From: a virus
Strand: one strand, 5' to 3'
IMG/VR virus record: IMGVR_UViG_3300009597_000014
Location: 10,835-74,834 of that record
DNA: 64,000 nucleotides
In this document: positions 10,801-18,995 of the stretch, piece after piece
Layout: every line of letters begins with the position of its first letter
Position numbering within the stretch: position 1 is the first letter of the stretch
Translations under genes and position numbers: made by a program
The notes under the pieces: model-generated
Seen by the model: only the letters and a program-made list of their open reading frames with translations
Databases searched by the model: none
Told to the model about the DNA's origin: nothing

Positions 10801-13477
10801 TGCCATCGAACAGCAGACCCATGGTTTCTTCAGTGGAGCCGATCGATATTTTTATGATAATATGCAGGCATTAACTCAAAGTGCCATTCAGAAATCAAAC
10901 CAGGTTCTGGCAACCAGCAACAGCAAAGTAGCCCGTGCTGGAGCAAAACTTCTTAAAATTACTTCTCGAATAATTAATGAGAAATCCTCAACAGCTATAG
11001 CTCAGGGATTTGTTAATAACCTGGCCAAGCTAGATGGCCAATATGAGATCATGGCAATCGCCAATGACATCGTTCTTCGCACTGACGAGAACGCACCCAT
11101 CTACGACATGATTGCCGAAACCAAGGCCACTGCCGAACAGACCCGTCAACGTTATCGTGACGAGCTCCCCGAGGAACTGGCCTCTGAGTTCTCCCGTCCT
11201 CTGACCCAGGAGGAATGGACAGCCCAGCACAAAGTAGCCCAAACCGATATCGCTTCCCTGAAGGCCACCTACGGGGCCGCTGGAGCGGTTCGGATGATTT
11301 TCGATGCTGCATACAGGTCAGCGGAGATTCGTGCCAAGGAGGCCTTTATACGCGCCCAGGAAGGCACTCGGGCAGCGAAGATCCTTGAGAAGGCAAAGCA
11401 GCTTGCTGGCTATCTCAACACTGGGGAGCTTGGTCTCAACCTGTTGCCCAATACCTATGCGATTTCCAAGTTGAATGGTGAGGTTGGATTCAACCGATCG
11501 ACGCCTGATCCCCAGACCGAGAATGCTGTCGACGAGTTGGTAACCCTTTATGCCATCAGGGGCCTGAGCCAGGAAACCAAAGATACAATTATAAATCTTG
11601 GAAATGAGAACCAGAAGAATAAAGAAGGTCTTGAATTTGTATTTCATTATCTGGTTGGGCAGAGAAAAGACGAACTAGATAAGGCAAAAGCAACCCAGCT
11701 GGGTAAAAACAATTATTATAAAGGTGGTGGACTTCCCTCCGAGCAAGTAGGCAACGATTCCCTGGTCATCGAAAGTGATCGTGAGCACGCCAACATGCTC
11801 AAGAAGGGCTACGTCCATCAGGGTGCTTACACTGGTTCCTCTGCAGACCAAAATCTGACCCCGAGATCCTATTATTATTCACCCACTGCTGGATTAGCCC
11901 CCTATCGACAAGGCGTCATGCAGACGGTTCATGTGACAGCCTCTGGGATAGATCCCCAGACAGGCTACACGGTCGGTAGACTGATGGCTGGACGTATCGT
12001 CAATGGGCGAGAGATAGCCCAGGTCCAGCAACAGCTTAGGAACCAGGCAGGAACCAACGAGAACTTACGTCTGGTCTATGAAGACGATGGCTCTGTCATT
12101 GCCATGGAACGCATGGCGGATGTGAACAAGACCAACACGATCGAACGTAATACCAACCTATCCGAGATGATCGGCGCCTGGAGAGGTCGCCAAGTCGAAG
12201 AGATATTCGCCACCGAGATCAACCGAGCCCTGGTGAACGAACTTTATACGATCTGGGAGAAAGCCAGACAGGAAGGTCGAACCAATGAGTTCGTGAATAT
12301 ATTTACGTCAACCGATCCAGTGATCCAGAACACTGCCAAGTTGGTTCCCAACTTGATGCGGGATCATATCAAGCAGAAATTTGGCAGAGATACTTTCATG
12401 GTTCATCGATCCATGGCCTTGAATGCTCTCGGTGATCGGCAGGCCTCAGTGAGCGATATGTTCACCGGGGAGACACGTTGGAACCCTGCAGTGCAGAAGC
12501 GCTTCGAGACCATAGCCATTGGTTTGTTTGGAAACAGCGCCTATAATGGACTGGTTAATACAGAGAGAACTGTACAAAATATCATAACAAATGTGAAATA
12601 TAATATCATTGTAAAGTCAGTGATTATTCCTGCAGGAAACATTATGTCCAACTTCGGACAACTTCTCAACCGGGATGTTCCCTTGCGGGATATCCTGACA
12701 GGAGTCCCCAAAAAGATCATTGAAATCAACAGCTACATTAAGTCCAGGAACCAGGAGATAAAACTCGAGGCCCAACTGCGAGCAGCCGAAGGCAAGGGTG
12801 ACCTCAATGCCATTCGCAAGCTCAAGGACCGACTCCAGGCAATGGAGGATTCTTACAAACGCCTGAGCATTTATCCTCTGATTAAGGCGGGGGAATTCTC
12901 AACTATTTCTAATGGAAATGTAACCGCCGAGGATCTTGCACTTGCTGATGGCAAGTGGTCCAATTTCATGGACAAGCTCATCGCCAAGATCCCCGACGGT
13001 CCTCTACGCACGACAGCCAGGTATGGCCTGGTGACGCGCGACACTGCACTGTTCCAAGCCCTTGCAAAAGCAGTGCAGTATGGGGATTTCGTAGGCAAAG
13101 CCATTCTTTATGACGACCTGACCAAGCGACAGAAGGTAGCCAACAAGGAAGCTATCGCCACCGTGAACCAGGCATTCGTGCCCTATAATAATCTGTCAGG
13201 TAGGGGACGACATTATCTGGAAAGCCTTGGGCTTCTCTGGTTCTACAACTACAAGCTGCGTGTCATGAAGGAGAGCGTGTACCTGCTTCGACATCATCCA
13301 TTCAGGGCATTGGTCATGATGGGTATTCCAGGTCTGAACGGCATCGATTCGCCACTGGATAGCAACTTCCTGACAAACCTGATTAATGGAAGGCTTGGTG
13401 CTTCGGTTGGACCTGAGATGGCATTCGATAGCTGGACACTTAATCCCTGGGTTAATGGATTCAGAACTGCTTTTTAA
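1823..13477 (+). CDS. Virion-encapsidated RNA polymerase (N4 gp50 homologue), 3884 aa
   Basis: Size; no Cys seen; T7-superfamily motifs SIGRLQM, EADGKTNG (A), RGFVKNPLTITVYGSG (B), VFDG (C); C-terminal HELIH zincin-like motif. Confidence 0.97.
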   Translation: MAATSNTLQRLLDPISARDLDFTARDEAYKRQTMELVTTPPPAPLARVLEPVPTPVSEVPRRVTPADLQALDPWSVPLGATEAPKPQFGAPTPEDNPFDVPFQAPERILHPRLKLESDLQEIRDYSATPETIALYTLAKHKGNDFIKNNAVIQDYDNLTSDQFRVKYGTDVYRNLVALQIAGRPITGMAQTTSGLGETVQDLAVHGASTVVSGTADLAAMVQANNPLSKPVTDMVGKLFGVDNLNDKIAFEVSQLGHAVSDAMVSHGQSSTSEQQTIVAHFQNVADHIDQAAKYKKDLRTEGEMVANLRYGGAQVVDGALQLYNNPKHLENLTSQAIGSLVTLGPMTKGLSYVGKGLAATKYGAKLAPYAEGAAFNTAVGLQEAGGAYGEVIQRVMALDHPTLMRQSEGYRDLINQGYSERDAKVQLAMDAAQIAAPTAFGTGFVTSKLAPREFELGILGQGAKKTLAQSLRALPGTAAREFIEETPQSAAGQFAANLALQQTVDPFQPLGENVAEVGIQGGIASLGVGPILKGPGIIAKTLAAPVKLGYEQLAKRAGRVKAANESSSNVSTENISEDIQSVAKNSGSLAEGLRSLVEESETARQVAEQAKDQTDQVQGALDQVQRSQEQDTGANPPAPLTDVAAVIDVSETAPVITTPEARAQEAEEFIQKVETSATLRKEDIETLPSQLTKKLTDLQSKLDQTLTRFDAMIEMAKIVEDPNASVSDQASAAVFIADIINQNRDLFSGELPAFLQNTPHDNPHFKALIDTFRNLQRMEKNPMIADAIRFAQDELNIPDVDLDTVGSTSPEGLQTIRNVIGAATHAPARLNENVANQVLRQADEGKAKISPEELATIRNALALQVEAAKAQPKVEQVEVKPGPAAEALSTQAPTPAAAPKPRAKTTTQDFVAKQIETEGGDEKHQLSLRQHVSEINRAIKNKKPRLIKEKIQNLVDFAKSQTNKVIALNESIAKGDGSNAPYQAINSKGKFYTNKTGVGVKLGNPGSENFARQVHKEATSLVDLANQIINQHPEAKIEPLPTPPALNLPEEGSTTTQQETPPSATTSKTAATEQLEPPSVPATGGVPGAIDTTAPTTQTSAPAELTPEEKAEQKKLQDPKQTSDDELINRVKFFDRQEKQSKTKTLSPNATKSLKAIHEEIARRKALKIEPVKEETPPSVTEPATSATGQSRFTPEELRSDPEWEQDESLSDEMDRIEKKEKLTPDDEATIEALQKEMDRRYDEAIIQEEQEQTPPVEQIVEQTPTKKVIKSKRKPKTVAKSLQDLSIVLETKPTEPETKPKLEPVEEAVEEPVGAEPESIPLDQAYENLAESSEGNYFLKAYKRGKKIGSRLMTVKSPLAAMRKALSGQTALAQFAGGDARLPRRLPIWQEFLTDTANKITTNFKTRMYGIINSKVDENGNPKTSFLDLMDQGSPYNRYMNYKTMNLLEKVDGVYGLNKQLLESGVLAAMDWLLNVQDRTVNHSAERLAAVLGVDENLIEQRTLDEWNRGIGLSEAKRSLAQQLKKFWDVQDNKDVSETYVQGVAEAMALELLVAMEQTGLLKNGEFAEPTLTEKTYNMVYFDRRSDDDKALLNKLGEERNTISDLALVDKLRSGRSVGEPITEVPQHLLYNPNVSTTNQQKKAAGNVQATRHMTNMPMVNFMRALGLQNYINALGGRLTDPRVTDPEKTNINDARSKAGANLQLTNSYNGMLAQVAEVEAYSERTGIPVSEVPTFFEYAVLSIGRLQMRGLFNGQADKLARNIVTPVRAKIDLSQPGSRKFSDFMQAIGQGLGAKPESKSRRAVTAAAFEKLKFYRPIIDGIKVHLRDEKKGSLSQDTIDALVNLAPEDKLTDHGLQSLLDYARYEVLRESNHGDLTRFESWNFLEADGKTNGPINALMLWAAGAITPRFLDLVNKGGMFFGANDKTLDQHGDTVDLYKASGNKASEKVGQLHAAIRDDNNPKVLAQFNAFRRIMTALNTNIVLKGDQIEISRGFVKNPLTITVYGSGANGIAIKATKELTEFIYQKLSESLQTGVVPGDLIYKDYPDNSFHDDLSLLLSRTPDISKDKKFGTYYFTRPVKHVAFDRKGKPGSDEFLKNFTFSKTEFDALRDNVQFFLTDPMVSAITDEVMKEIAPVIEAIQQATQIQSIVVRNMFRNKVFAKLADKQINPNKYPNYHKGDFLSQNELNEIFNSLKQFMAVIDTGTQRYQINSHESADVFAKATITYNGQSYNITMPESFARSLSGDMKAPIFMNTPNLAGVKAIPYLNIGSGDGQMMLHGMSIDIHRSDISRRTLPVFDGLNMPIDMILEYSRLINESVFKTWTQNSPMRAIAESFRTFAENRPIQQVLDPDNGLNQTIDDTILEMSKIEGGFKPEKLIDQTSMEMMINDLVRKLEDFAGDLEDRQQVYRETTQSIDQMSSGKGPHNVKGTGALILVPGMSNQEIAHAMEARRIELSNIRAGHRKTAQTAPAVALIPASTPVAQLTPAMQKVLALGTEDVSGTRVIQADQLPDVIRALGSTVDSQFARQLVKAIAKEYRLVFGTPTQLDNWERSNNVDRFQPGSNDNAMGKIDPVAKVILISNLVPETIIHELIHAATIDKVRAYYSNPRSLSQEDRDAIRRIEGLMNEWLTLDFTNNDEIIVNAHQMAQSSILGWMRKGVAENEPNKYMAEAINEFMAWTLSNQELRNKARTLKNSAFRILKDTLEALKAWFGKSLRVPNNLLAQLQFNTRILISTPTDLDNLKTDANSVTLFQSPTFGNSDRLTYFRERFKEKILTYINEGDPNTLEGYRQRYQRSNEIRAARQASRDLTIGFVRQFGDLRTMQAWATFYEMQVGLMTELQLNPNSLARMQELYDHVISKLEVTDFRINNDPNDQADEAQAQGKYDAIHGLLVKKTDPYGRSSLLSSFVSLAMSSDIFRGVLAKIDKPPTDKSTTTNTMDRILEDAGNASIDWLSLMASGEKSKAHNVQEAMDNLASAMIENVGDQRSAIEQQTHGFFSGADRYFYDNMQALTQSAIQKSNQVLATSNSKVARAGAKLLKITSRIINEKSSTAIAQGFVNNLAKLDGQYEIMAIANDIVLRTDENAPIYDMIAETKATAEQTRQRYRDELPEELASEFSRPLTQEEWTAQHKVAQTDIASLKATYGAAGAVRMIFDAAYRSAEIRAKEAFIRAQEGTRAAKILEKAKQLAGYLNTGELGLNLLPNTYAISKLNGEVGFNRSTPDPQTENAVDELVTLYAIRGLSQETKDTIINLGNENQKNKEGLEFVFHYLVGQRKDELDKAKATQLGKNNYYKGGGLPSEQVGNDSLVIESDREHANMLKKGYVHQGAYTGSSADQNLTPRSYYYSPTAGLAPYRQGVMQTVHVTASGIDPQTGYTVGRLMAGRIVNGREIAQVQQQLRNQAGTNENLRLVYEDDGSVIAMERMADVNKTNTIERNTNLSEMIGAWRGRQVEEIFATEINRALVNELYTIWEKARQEGRTNEFVNIFTSTDPVIQNTAKLVPNLMRDHIKQKFGRDTFMVHRSMALNALGDRQASVSDMFTGETRWNPAVQKRFETIAIGLFGNSAYNGLVNTERTVQNIITNVKYNIIVKSVIIPAGNIMSNFGQLLNRDVPLRDILTGVPKKIIEINSYIKSRNQEIKLEAQLRAAEGKGDLNAIRKLKDRLQAMEDSYKRLSIYPLIKAGEFSTISNGNVTAEDLALADGKWSNFMDKLIAKIPDGPLRTTARYGLVTRDTALFQALAKAVQYGDFVGKAILYDDLTKRQKVANKEAIATVNQAFVPYNNLSGRGRHYLESLGLLWFYNYKLRVMKESVYLLRHHPFRALVMMGIPGLNGIDSPLDSNFLTNLINGRLGASVGPEMAFDSWTLNPWVNGFRTAF

Positions 13478-13775
13478 CCAGCTGTACTTTTAGACCCAAT
13501 GTAACCAATAAGGGAAACAATGTCGTCGGTCGAGGCCATCTGGTCTTGCCTCTGGCCAGGTTCTGGATCATTGATGGATTGACACCTGTAGCTATGGCTA
13601 TGTCCTTGTAGGTACCCTTGAACTTGAAGATCTGTTGGCGGACTTCCTCGATCATTTTTTCAGCTGATGTGAAGGCTCGCGGTCTGTCCTTAGTTATAGG
13701 ATGAATTCTAGTCATATTACTGGCTCCATAGCTGGGTATTAGAGCGCCGTTTGATGTGACGACCCAGCTGGTCAT
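13461..13775 (-). CDS. Small HTH (XRE-like) DNA-binding protein
   Basis: YKDIAIATGVNPSMIQNLARGKTRWPR HTH pattern; last middle gene, convergent with vRNAP; start may be the internal M of MTRIHP. Confidence 0.65.
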   Translation of the reverse strand: MTSWVVTSNGALIPSYGASNMTRIHPITKDRPRAFTSAEKMIEEVRQQIFKFKGTYKDIAIATGVNPSMIQNLARGKTRWPRPTTLFPLLVTLGLKVQLVKKQF

Positions 13776-14137
13776 GCTTCCCTGAGTGTCCTTAATTTAT
13801 TAATCAGTTTTTCGAGTGCCTCAAGCTTGGTATTATGCAGCTGCTCGAGACCCCGTAGCTGCTCATCAGCTTCGATCTTGAGGCGTTCCATTCGGACACG
13901 ATAGCTGTCAATCAGCTCAATACGTTGGAGCTCGTAGACACTGACCTCCTTCATATGCTCGTCCATCTTCTGCTTAAGCAGACGCTCTCCAATCGACATG
14001 AGCTTGTCGAAATCGAGCACCTGTGTAGATGGCTCGTTCCGACGCATCTGGATTGGTTTGCCGACCTCCCGACCAAGCTCTTCCATCTTCTGGTTCAGGG
14101 CTTCTTCGATGCCTTTTTCCAAGTGATCCTCAGTCAT
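13772..14137 (-). CDS. Hypothetical coiled-coil protein
   Basis: E/K/L-rich helical ORF, ATGA-coupled to neighbours. Confidence 0.6.
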   Translation of the reverse strand: MTEDHLEKGIEEALNQKMEELGREVGKPIQMRRNEPSTQVLDFDKLMSIGERLLKQKMDEHMKEVSVYELQRIELIDSYRVRMERLKIEADEQLRGLEQLHNTKLEALEKLINKLRTLREA

Positions 14138-14304
14138 TGTTGAGGTGGTCCTTTTTGTTCGTTCTCGTGGATGATTGCATAGGTTATTAATGCAATTGCC
14201 CCAAAGACTATTAAGAAAGTCATTAACGGGACAAACCAGATAACAATCAGGAATAATGCCCCGGTAATGATAGCGGCTATCACCACAGCTTTGATGGCAG
14301 CCAT
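14134..14304 (-). CDS. Small two-TM membrane protein (56 aa; not in ORF track)
   Basis: Hand translation MAAIKAVVIAAIITGALFLIVIWFVPLMTFLIVFGAIALITYAIIHENEQKGPPQQ; fills the gap exactly with an ATGA overlap. Confidence 0.7.
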   Translation of the reverse strand: MAAIKAVVIAAIITGALFLIVIWFVPLMTFLIVFGAIALITYAIIHENEQKGPPQQ

Positions 14305-14310
14305 GAGACT

Positions 14311-15201
14311 TTATTCAGGCTTCTGATCGTGAACCGGCTTTGTCAGGTTGGAGAACAGAGACTTTGATGCAGTTGCTACCGGTCCAGTTTGCACAGGGGC
14401 AGAGGTGTTAATATCGGGGAAAATCCTTGGAACAGCTGCAGCTACCTGAGTTGCAGGATCTCCAGGTTGTGCAAAGATTGGATGTGTCAGCGATCCCATT
14501 TCTTCGGGGACAGTGTGAGCCTTGGCTGGTTCAGGAATGGATTCCTCTACCTGGATCGGCTTCTTGGTTCGCATCTTTTTAGGAATGGTCACCTCGTCCT
14601 CAGCCTTCCGAATCACCACACTGACAGTGAGGTTACCGTCCTTGACGCCCTCGAAATGGACACCGATTTCCTGGTCTTCTCGAAGGGTGATCTGTTGTAG
14701 TACGGCGTCTCGGATGGCATCCTCGACTTCCCGCTGATTGAGTATGATCTGCATTGGTTCCTCGATTGTTTGAATGTTGGAGAGGGTGACTTCTATCCTT
14801 GGGTCGTGGGTATCTACCCCACCCCATTGGTAGGTCACATTGGATATGACATCCATATTATCATCGATTAATTTCTTCTGATTAACCAGGGTGTCACAGA
14901 AGAATTTATCAACGATACAACAGATATTTGAGATATCGATCCATCGCTTTGAACCAAAGAAAAGTCTATAGGTCAGATCGGTTTTAACCATTAAAGGTAA
15001 ATGTCCGATTCGTTTAGACACTATTTTTTCAAATAGATCCTTGGCTTTATTCAGCGTATGGAAATGGGCGTTACGATAGGTATTCAGATTAAGACTGAAT
15101 CTATCGCTCGTCCGCTTGCCTAATCTGACATAGATTGGCAGATTCACAGACAGGATGGTTCCCCGGTGTGAAGAAGGAACCAGTCCTGCCTGGTTCAACA
15201 T
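14311..15201 (-). CDS. RusA-like Holliday junction resolvase domain fused to a second domain (possible internal start 14754)
   Basis: LNLNTYRNAH...DISN...DKFFCDTL...DDN...DPRIEV pattern; follows SSB as in N4-like phages. Confidence 0.7.
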   Translation of the reverse strand: MLNQAGLVPSSHRGTILSVNLPIYVRLGKRTSDRFSLNLNTYRNAHFHTLNKAKDLFEKIVSKRIGHLPLMVKTDLTYRLFFGSKRWIDISNICCIVDKFFCDTLVNQKKLIDDNMDVISNVTYQWGGVDTHDPRIEVTLSNIQTIEEPMQIILNQREVEDAIRDAVLQQITLREDQEIGVHFEGVKDGNLTVSVVIRKAEDEVTIPKKMRTKKPIQVEESIPEPAKAHTVPEEMGSLTHPIFAQPGDPATQVAAAVPRIFPDINTSAPVQTGPVATASKSLFSNLTKPVHDQKPE

Positions 15202-15213
15202 GAGCCTTCACAC

Positions 15214-15981
15214 TCAGCTGTTGAACAGTGATGGTGTCTTCGGAGTAGTCTCTCCTGCCTTGGGAGGAGTGTTCGGACGACCTGGCTTGCCAGATTGCCC
15301 TCCTCCATTGCCACCGGCTCCACTCTTGTTGGTCCTACGATCTCTGGTGACACCCTTGTTCTTCTCGACCCAGGCGTTGAAGAATGTGGCCACTGTGGTG
15401 CCCTGGCGGGCCTCTACGACCGTAAGATTGGATGGATAATGAAATACCTTATCCGTGACGTTTTCCTCTCTGGACTCGGCTGTGTCCTCGTACTCGCCCG
15501 TCGAGGAGTTCTTCACCTGCTTGTTCTTTAGCTCCTTGAGGATGCCGAAGGTGACCTTCTTGCCAAGCAGCTCGACCAGCATGGGGACCGACTTAGGAAT
15601 CTCCTTCTTGGCTTCTGGGTCATAAACGTTCATGACCTTGTCCTCGGTGGTCTGCTCCGAGAGTGGCTTATTGGAGGTCACAAGGCAGAGATCCTCGACG
15701 ATCACGAATCCAGGCAAGGGTACCTTCTTGGTGTTGTCCTGCTTGTTACGGAAGAAATTCTGATCTTCTCGATTAGTGATCCAGAAAGTTTCCCGATATT
15801 CGCCACCTTCAGTGTCTAGAATAACACTGATTGATCGAGCCTTGGAGTGAGGAGACTTACCTGCGTAAGCTGCTTTAATGGTGCCTGTATAGGCGCCTGA
15901 CTCAAGCACACGGAAACCACCCAGGCGGTCCTGAGACTGCTCGAGGCCTTCCGTGGTGAGGTTTCCAAAGATATTTGTCAT
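15214..15981 (-). CDS. ssb: Single-stranded DNA-binding protein (N4 gp45-like)
   Basis: D.LGG..VLESGAY..TIK.AY, LPGF...EDLC, Gly-rich tail ending SLF; synteny. Confidence 0.85.
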   Translation of the reverse strand: MTNIFGNLTTEGLEQSQDRLGGFRVLESGAYTGTIKAAYAGKSPHSKARSISVILDTEGGEYRETFWITNREDQNFFRNKQDNTKKVPLPGFVIVEDLCLVTSNKPLSEQTTEDKVMNVYDPEAKKEIPKSVPMLVELLGKKVTFGILKELKNKQVKNSSTGEYEDTAESREENVTDKVFHYPSNLTVVEARQGTTVATFFNAWVEKNKGVTRDRRTNKSGAGGNGGGQSGKPGRPNTPPKAGETTPKTPSLFNS

Positions 15982-16013
15982 TGGATTTTCATTCCTTGTT
16001 TCTGAGTTGATAA

Positions 16014-16745
16014 TTAACCGTGGTAAAACTTATCCAAATGATCCAGCAAGAGCTGAGCATCATTATCCATATAAGTTTGTTCCCGAGAAAACAAACCCAT
16101 AGGTGAGCGGATACGTTCGGCTACGGTTTCCTTGGTTGGACGAGTCTGGAACACATGCTTATATCCAAGCTCCCTGTCCTGGTCAGTGATAACCAGGAGA
16201 TCGGATCCATATTTTTCCAGTTCCAGCATGGTTATTTTCTTAGCTGATACTACTGTAGAAAAATATGATTCGATACCATTATTTTTAAGTGATCCCTTGA
16301 TGGGCACCGAGACTTTCATCTCATGCCTGACTTCATCCAGTGTATCCAGGAGATGGGCTGTAACGATGGTTGGCTTACCCCATCTGACGACCTTGTCTTG
16401 CATTAGCACCTTGAAGAATTGGGCAAACTGACCCCATGCCTTCTGGGTATTGGGATTATCTATGATGTACATGCTTTCATACATATCCATCATGAATGTG
16501 GCAGAATCTATGATTATGCCATCCCATTTATCCTGGTTCAGGATGGCATGATCAAAGCCTTCGTATATCTGATATGGGTCAGAGACTCTAAATGTTTTGA
16601 ATGTATTTTGAAAAGGGAGTCTCTTCCCAGCTTCGGTATTGAGATACATCCATCTATCCTGGTTCCGGATACTCCTCAGAGCTGCACTCTTACCGGTGCC
16701 TGAGTAGCCACCGATAAGAACTAATTGATCATTAATATCGCTCAT
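16014..16745 (-). CDS. AAA ATPase (N4 gp44 / Sak4-like)
   Basis: Walker A GYSGTGKS, Walker B IIIDS; synteny. Confidence 0.85.
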   Translation of the reverse strand: MSDINDQLVLIGGYSGTGKSAALRSIRNQDRWMYLNTEAGKRLPFQNTFKTFRVSDPYQIYEGFDHAILNQDKWDGIIIDSATFMMDMYESMYIIDNPNTQKAWGQFAQFFKVLMQDKVVRWGKPTIVTAHLLDTLDEVRHEMKVSVPIKGSLKNNGIESYFSTVVSAKKITMLELEKYGSDLLVITDQDRELGYKHVFQTRPTKETVAERIRSPMGLFSREQTYMDNDAQLLLDHLDKFYHG

Positions 16746-16764
16746 GATTTTTCCTTAATTGAAC

Positions 16765-16804
16765 CAGAAAAAGCACTAAGGCTTACCGTCTACATCGCCT
16801 TAGT
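16765..16804 (-). terminator. Rho-independent terminator after primase
   Basis: Stem ACTAAGGC/GCCTTAGT followed on the - strand by TTTTT. Confidence 0.55.
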
Positions 16805-16838
16805 AATCCCTCATTTATGTCGACGAGAGGGGGTAATA

Positions 16839-18995
16839 TCAGGGTTTCTGGCTCTGATACTTCTTAGCGACAGTCACCATGATTGTGCTATCGATTTCCT
16901 GGGCAGTCATGGGATTGGATAATTTCCCATTAAAACCATGCACCTGGTTTCTGACATCGAGCAATTTCCAGCCAGCATCTACGAGACATAGTGCATATTT
17001 GATCAGCTGGTTATTGCGATTGCCTATATCCATCCGTGAAGCAAACCAGCGCTCAAGATTATCCAGATTTCCCAGTGCCTGGTTCCTTTCCTGGTGCTGT
17101 TCATTTCTGGAAGTTTTCGGGATGAAATCTAATACGTCGAGAGCTTTGGCTTCGAGATTATAAGTTACCTGACATCCTTCATGACTCTGCCATTTCTTGG
17201 ATCTCTGGTTAGCTGACTCATCGCTCTGGAATGGCAGCCATGCCATGACGCTATTCATGAAGCCTTTATATTCGTCATGATCGAGTTCGAGATGATAATT
17301 GGTTGGCAGAATCATTCTGAACCTGTTGTGATCAGGTGTGGATCGCTTGGTTGTATAGGTCAGGAATTTATAATCCTTCATTAGTTCATGAGCTGCCACC
17401 AGACTAATACCAGAATCCACATCGATGACGATCATATTGAAGCCGGGGATTACATTTTCATCGGCTCGATGGTCCTGTTTAAAATGATGATTGGCCCAAT
17501 TCATATCAGATGCCTGAGCCAGAAGATAAAGCTTCTCGAATGGGACCTCTTCCTTGAGATAATTATAAGCCCAATGAGTTGAATATGAGATTACCATTTT
17601 CTGGAAGTTAGTTTCCTGGAGTTTCTCTCCTTTGAAAAACTCGATCCCATCAACAAATGATTTTTTGATAATAATATGTTTCTTATAACCCCAGGCTGTT
17701 GCCAGGATCATTTGCTCTTCACGTTGAGCCTTGGCTGTCTTATAGAATGGCAAAGCCTCATTGAGATCGGCATGAGTTACTTCGGTATTAACCCCAGCTA
17801 TATATTTAGCCAATTTCACATAAGATTTTTCACGGTTCAGGATTGTCTGAAATGCAGCTCCTGATTCCTCGACCAGTTTGATGGCCGAATGCAGATGCTC
17901 CATCAGCACCTCGGTGGAACCATCGATAAAGGCATAGGCACCAGCTAGCTTCAGGGTTTTGAAGTAGCGATGAGCCATCTCTGATTTCTTGATCTCCTCG
18001 TGCTCAGGCATGGCCTCTGCGAGGCGTTCACAGTCGATTCGGTAGCTGAGCAGCTCGATCGATACTTCCTCGCTGACTTCCATCCTCCAGCCGAAGAGAG
18101 CCGGGTCTGCCAGCGTATAGAAGTGATGTGCCCACTTGGTCAGGATGGCATCATTCTCTGGTGCTATCAGCAGTTTGAATATCTCGGCTGGCGACAGTGA
18201 CTGTGACGCCCTGACAGGTTGGCCAAAACCAAAGATGCATCGTCTGGCATAGCCGGTCTCGAGGAAGCTGTAGAACTGATCCTCGGTGGTGGATCCATCC
18301 AGCAGCTTGGCTGGTGTTCCAAATAGCAGCATGTTGGTTGGCGTTTTGCCATCCAGTTCCTGGCTTCTCTGGTTCTCGGCTGTGTTCTTAACCAGTTTTT
18401 GTTTAACAATACCTAGATCATATAACTCCAGGAATGTATTCAAAATATCGGTCTGGCCAATCAGATTGGAACCGATCTCGTCGATCTGCAGATTGATTGA
18501 ACCAGCGGATGATAACAGTAACTTCTGCCGTAGCTGCTTGACAGCTGGTGTGGTGCCTGAGTCGAAGGTGAAGGGGAATACCCCTGCCTGCTTGAATTCG
18601 GTTGAGGCCTTATCGTATTCAACCTGTTGATCGTTTCCATTTCTAGCTGCTCGTCCATTGGCGATGACCCAGAGATTACCTTCTGAGATTACCGGAAAGG
18701 TGTCCTCTATGAAGCGGCTCTTAAATTTACCCAGAATATCATTTTCAGCCATATAGACTGAATGACCTTTATTGGAACCAGAAGGTGCCAATGCCAGGGC
18801 ATACATATTAACCGGAATTTCGCCTCGATCCTTGGTCAGGATGGTAGCCCGCATGGACGAGGCCATCTTGGCGAAGAAATATACCAATTGAGTTCGGAAA
18901 AAACTTCGATCCAGGTTCTGGGTTTTATTACAAAATACGTCGACGATTTCTTCCAATGCCGGGTGGTGCTTAACAGCAGTTAAGTCAAGCGACAT
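16839..18995 (-). CDS. DNA primase / DUF3987-type ATPase (N4 gp43-like)
   Basis: APSGSNKG, DEIGSNL, DVD catalytic motif and C-terminal GNRNNQL (PriCT-like); start reassigned to MSLDL. Confidence 0.85.
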   Translation of the reverse strand: MSLDLTAVKHHPALEEIVDVFCNKTQNLDRSFFRTQLVYFFAKMASSMRATILTKDRGEIPVNMYALALAPSGSNKGHSVYMAENDILGKFKSRFIEDTFPVISEGNLWVIANGRAARNGNDQQVEYDKASTEFKQAGVFPFTFDSGTTPAVKQLRQKLLLSSAGSINLQIDEIGSNLIGQTDILNTFLELYDLGIVKQKLVKNTAENQRSQELDGKTPTNMLLFGTPAKLLDGSTTEDQFYSFLETGYARRCIFGFGQPVRASQSLSPAEIFKLLIAPENDAILTKWAHHFYTLADPALFGWRMEVSEEVSIELLSYRIDCERLAEAMPEHEEIKKSEMAHRYFKTLKLAGAYAFIDGSTEVLMEHLHSAIKLVEESGAAFQTILNREKSYVKLAKYIAGVNTEVTHADLNEALPFYKTAKAQREEQMILATAWGYKKHIIIKKSFVDGIEFFKGEKLQETNFQKMVISYSTHWAYNYLKEEVPFEKLYLLAQASDMNWANHHFKQDHRADENVIPGFNMIVIDVDSGISLVAAHELMKDYKFLTYTTKRSTPDHNRFRMILPTNYHLELDHDEYKGFMNSVMAWLPFQSDESANQRSKKWQSHEGCQVTYNLEAKALDVLDFIPKTSRNEQHQERNQALGNLDNLERWFASRMDIGNRNNQLIKYALCLVDAGWKLLDVRNQVHGFNGKLSNPMTAQEIDSTIMVTVAKKYQSQKP

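Noticed and set aside
1002-13104. Numerous - strand ORFs inside the vRNAP and upstream gene
   Set aside because: Antisense shadows with no recognisable motifs; the same applies to + strand ORFs within middle genes.
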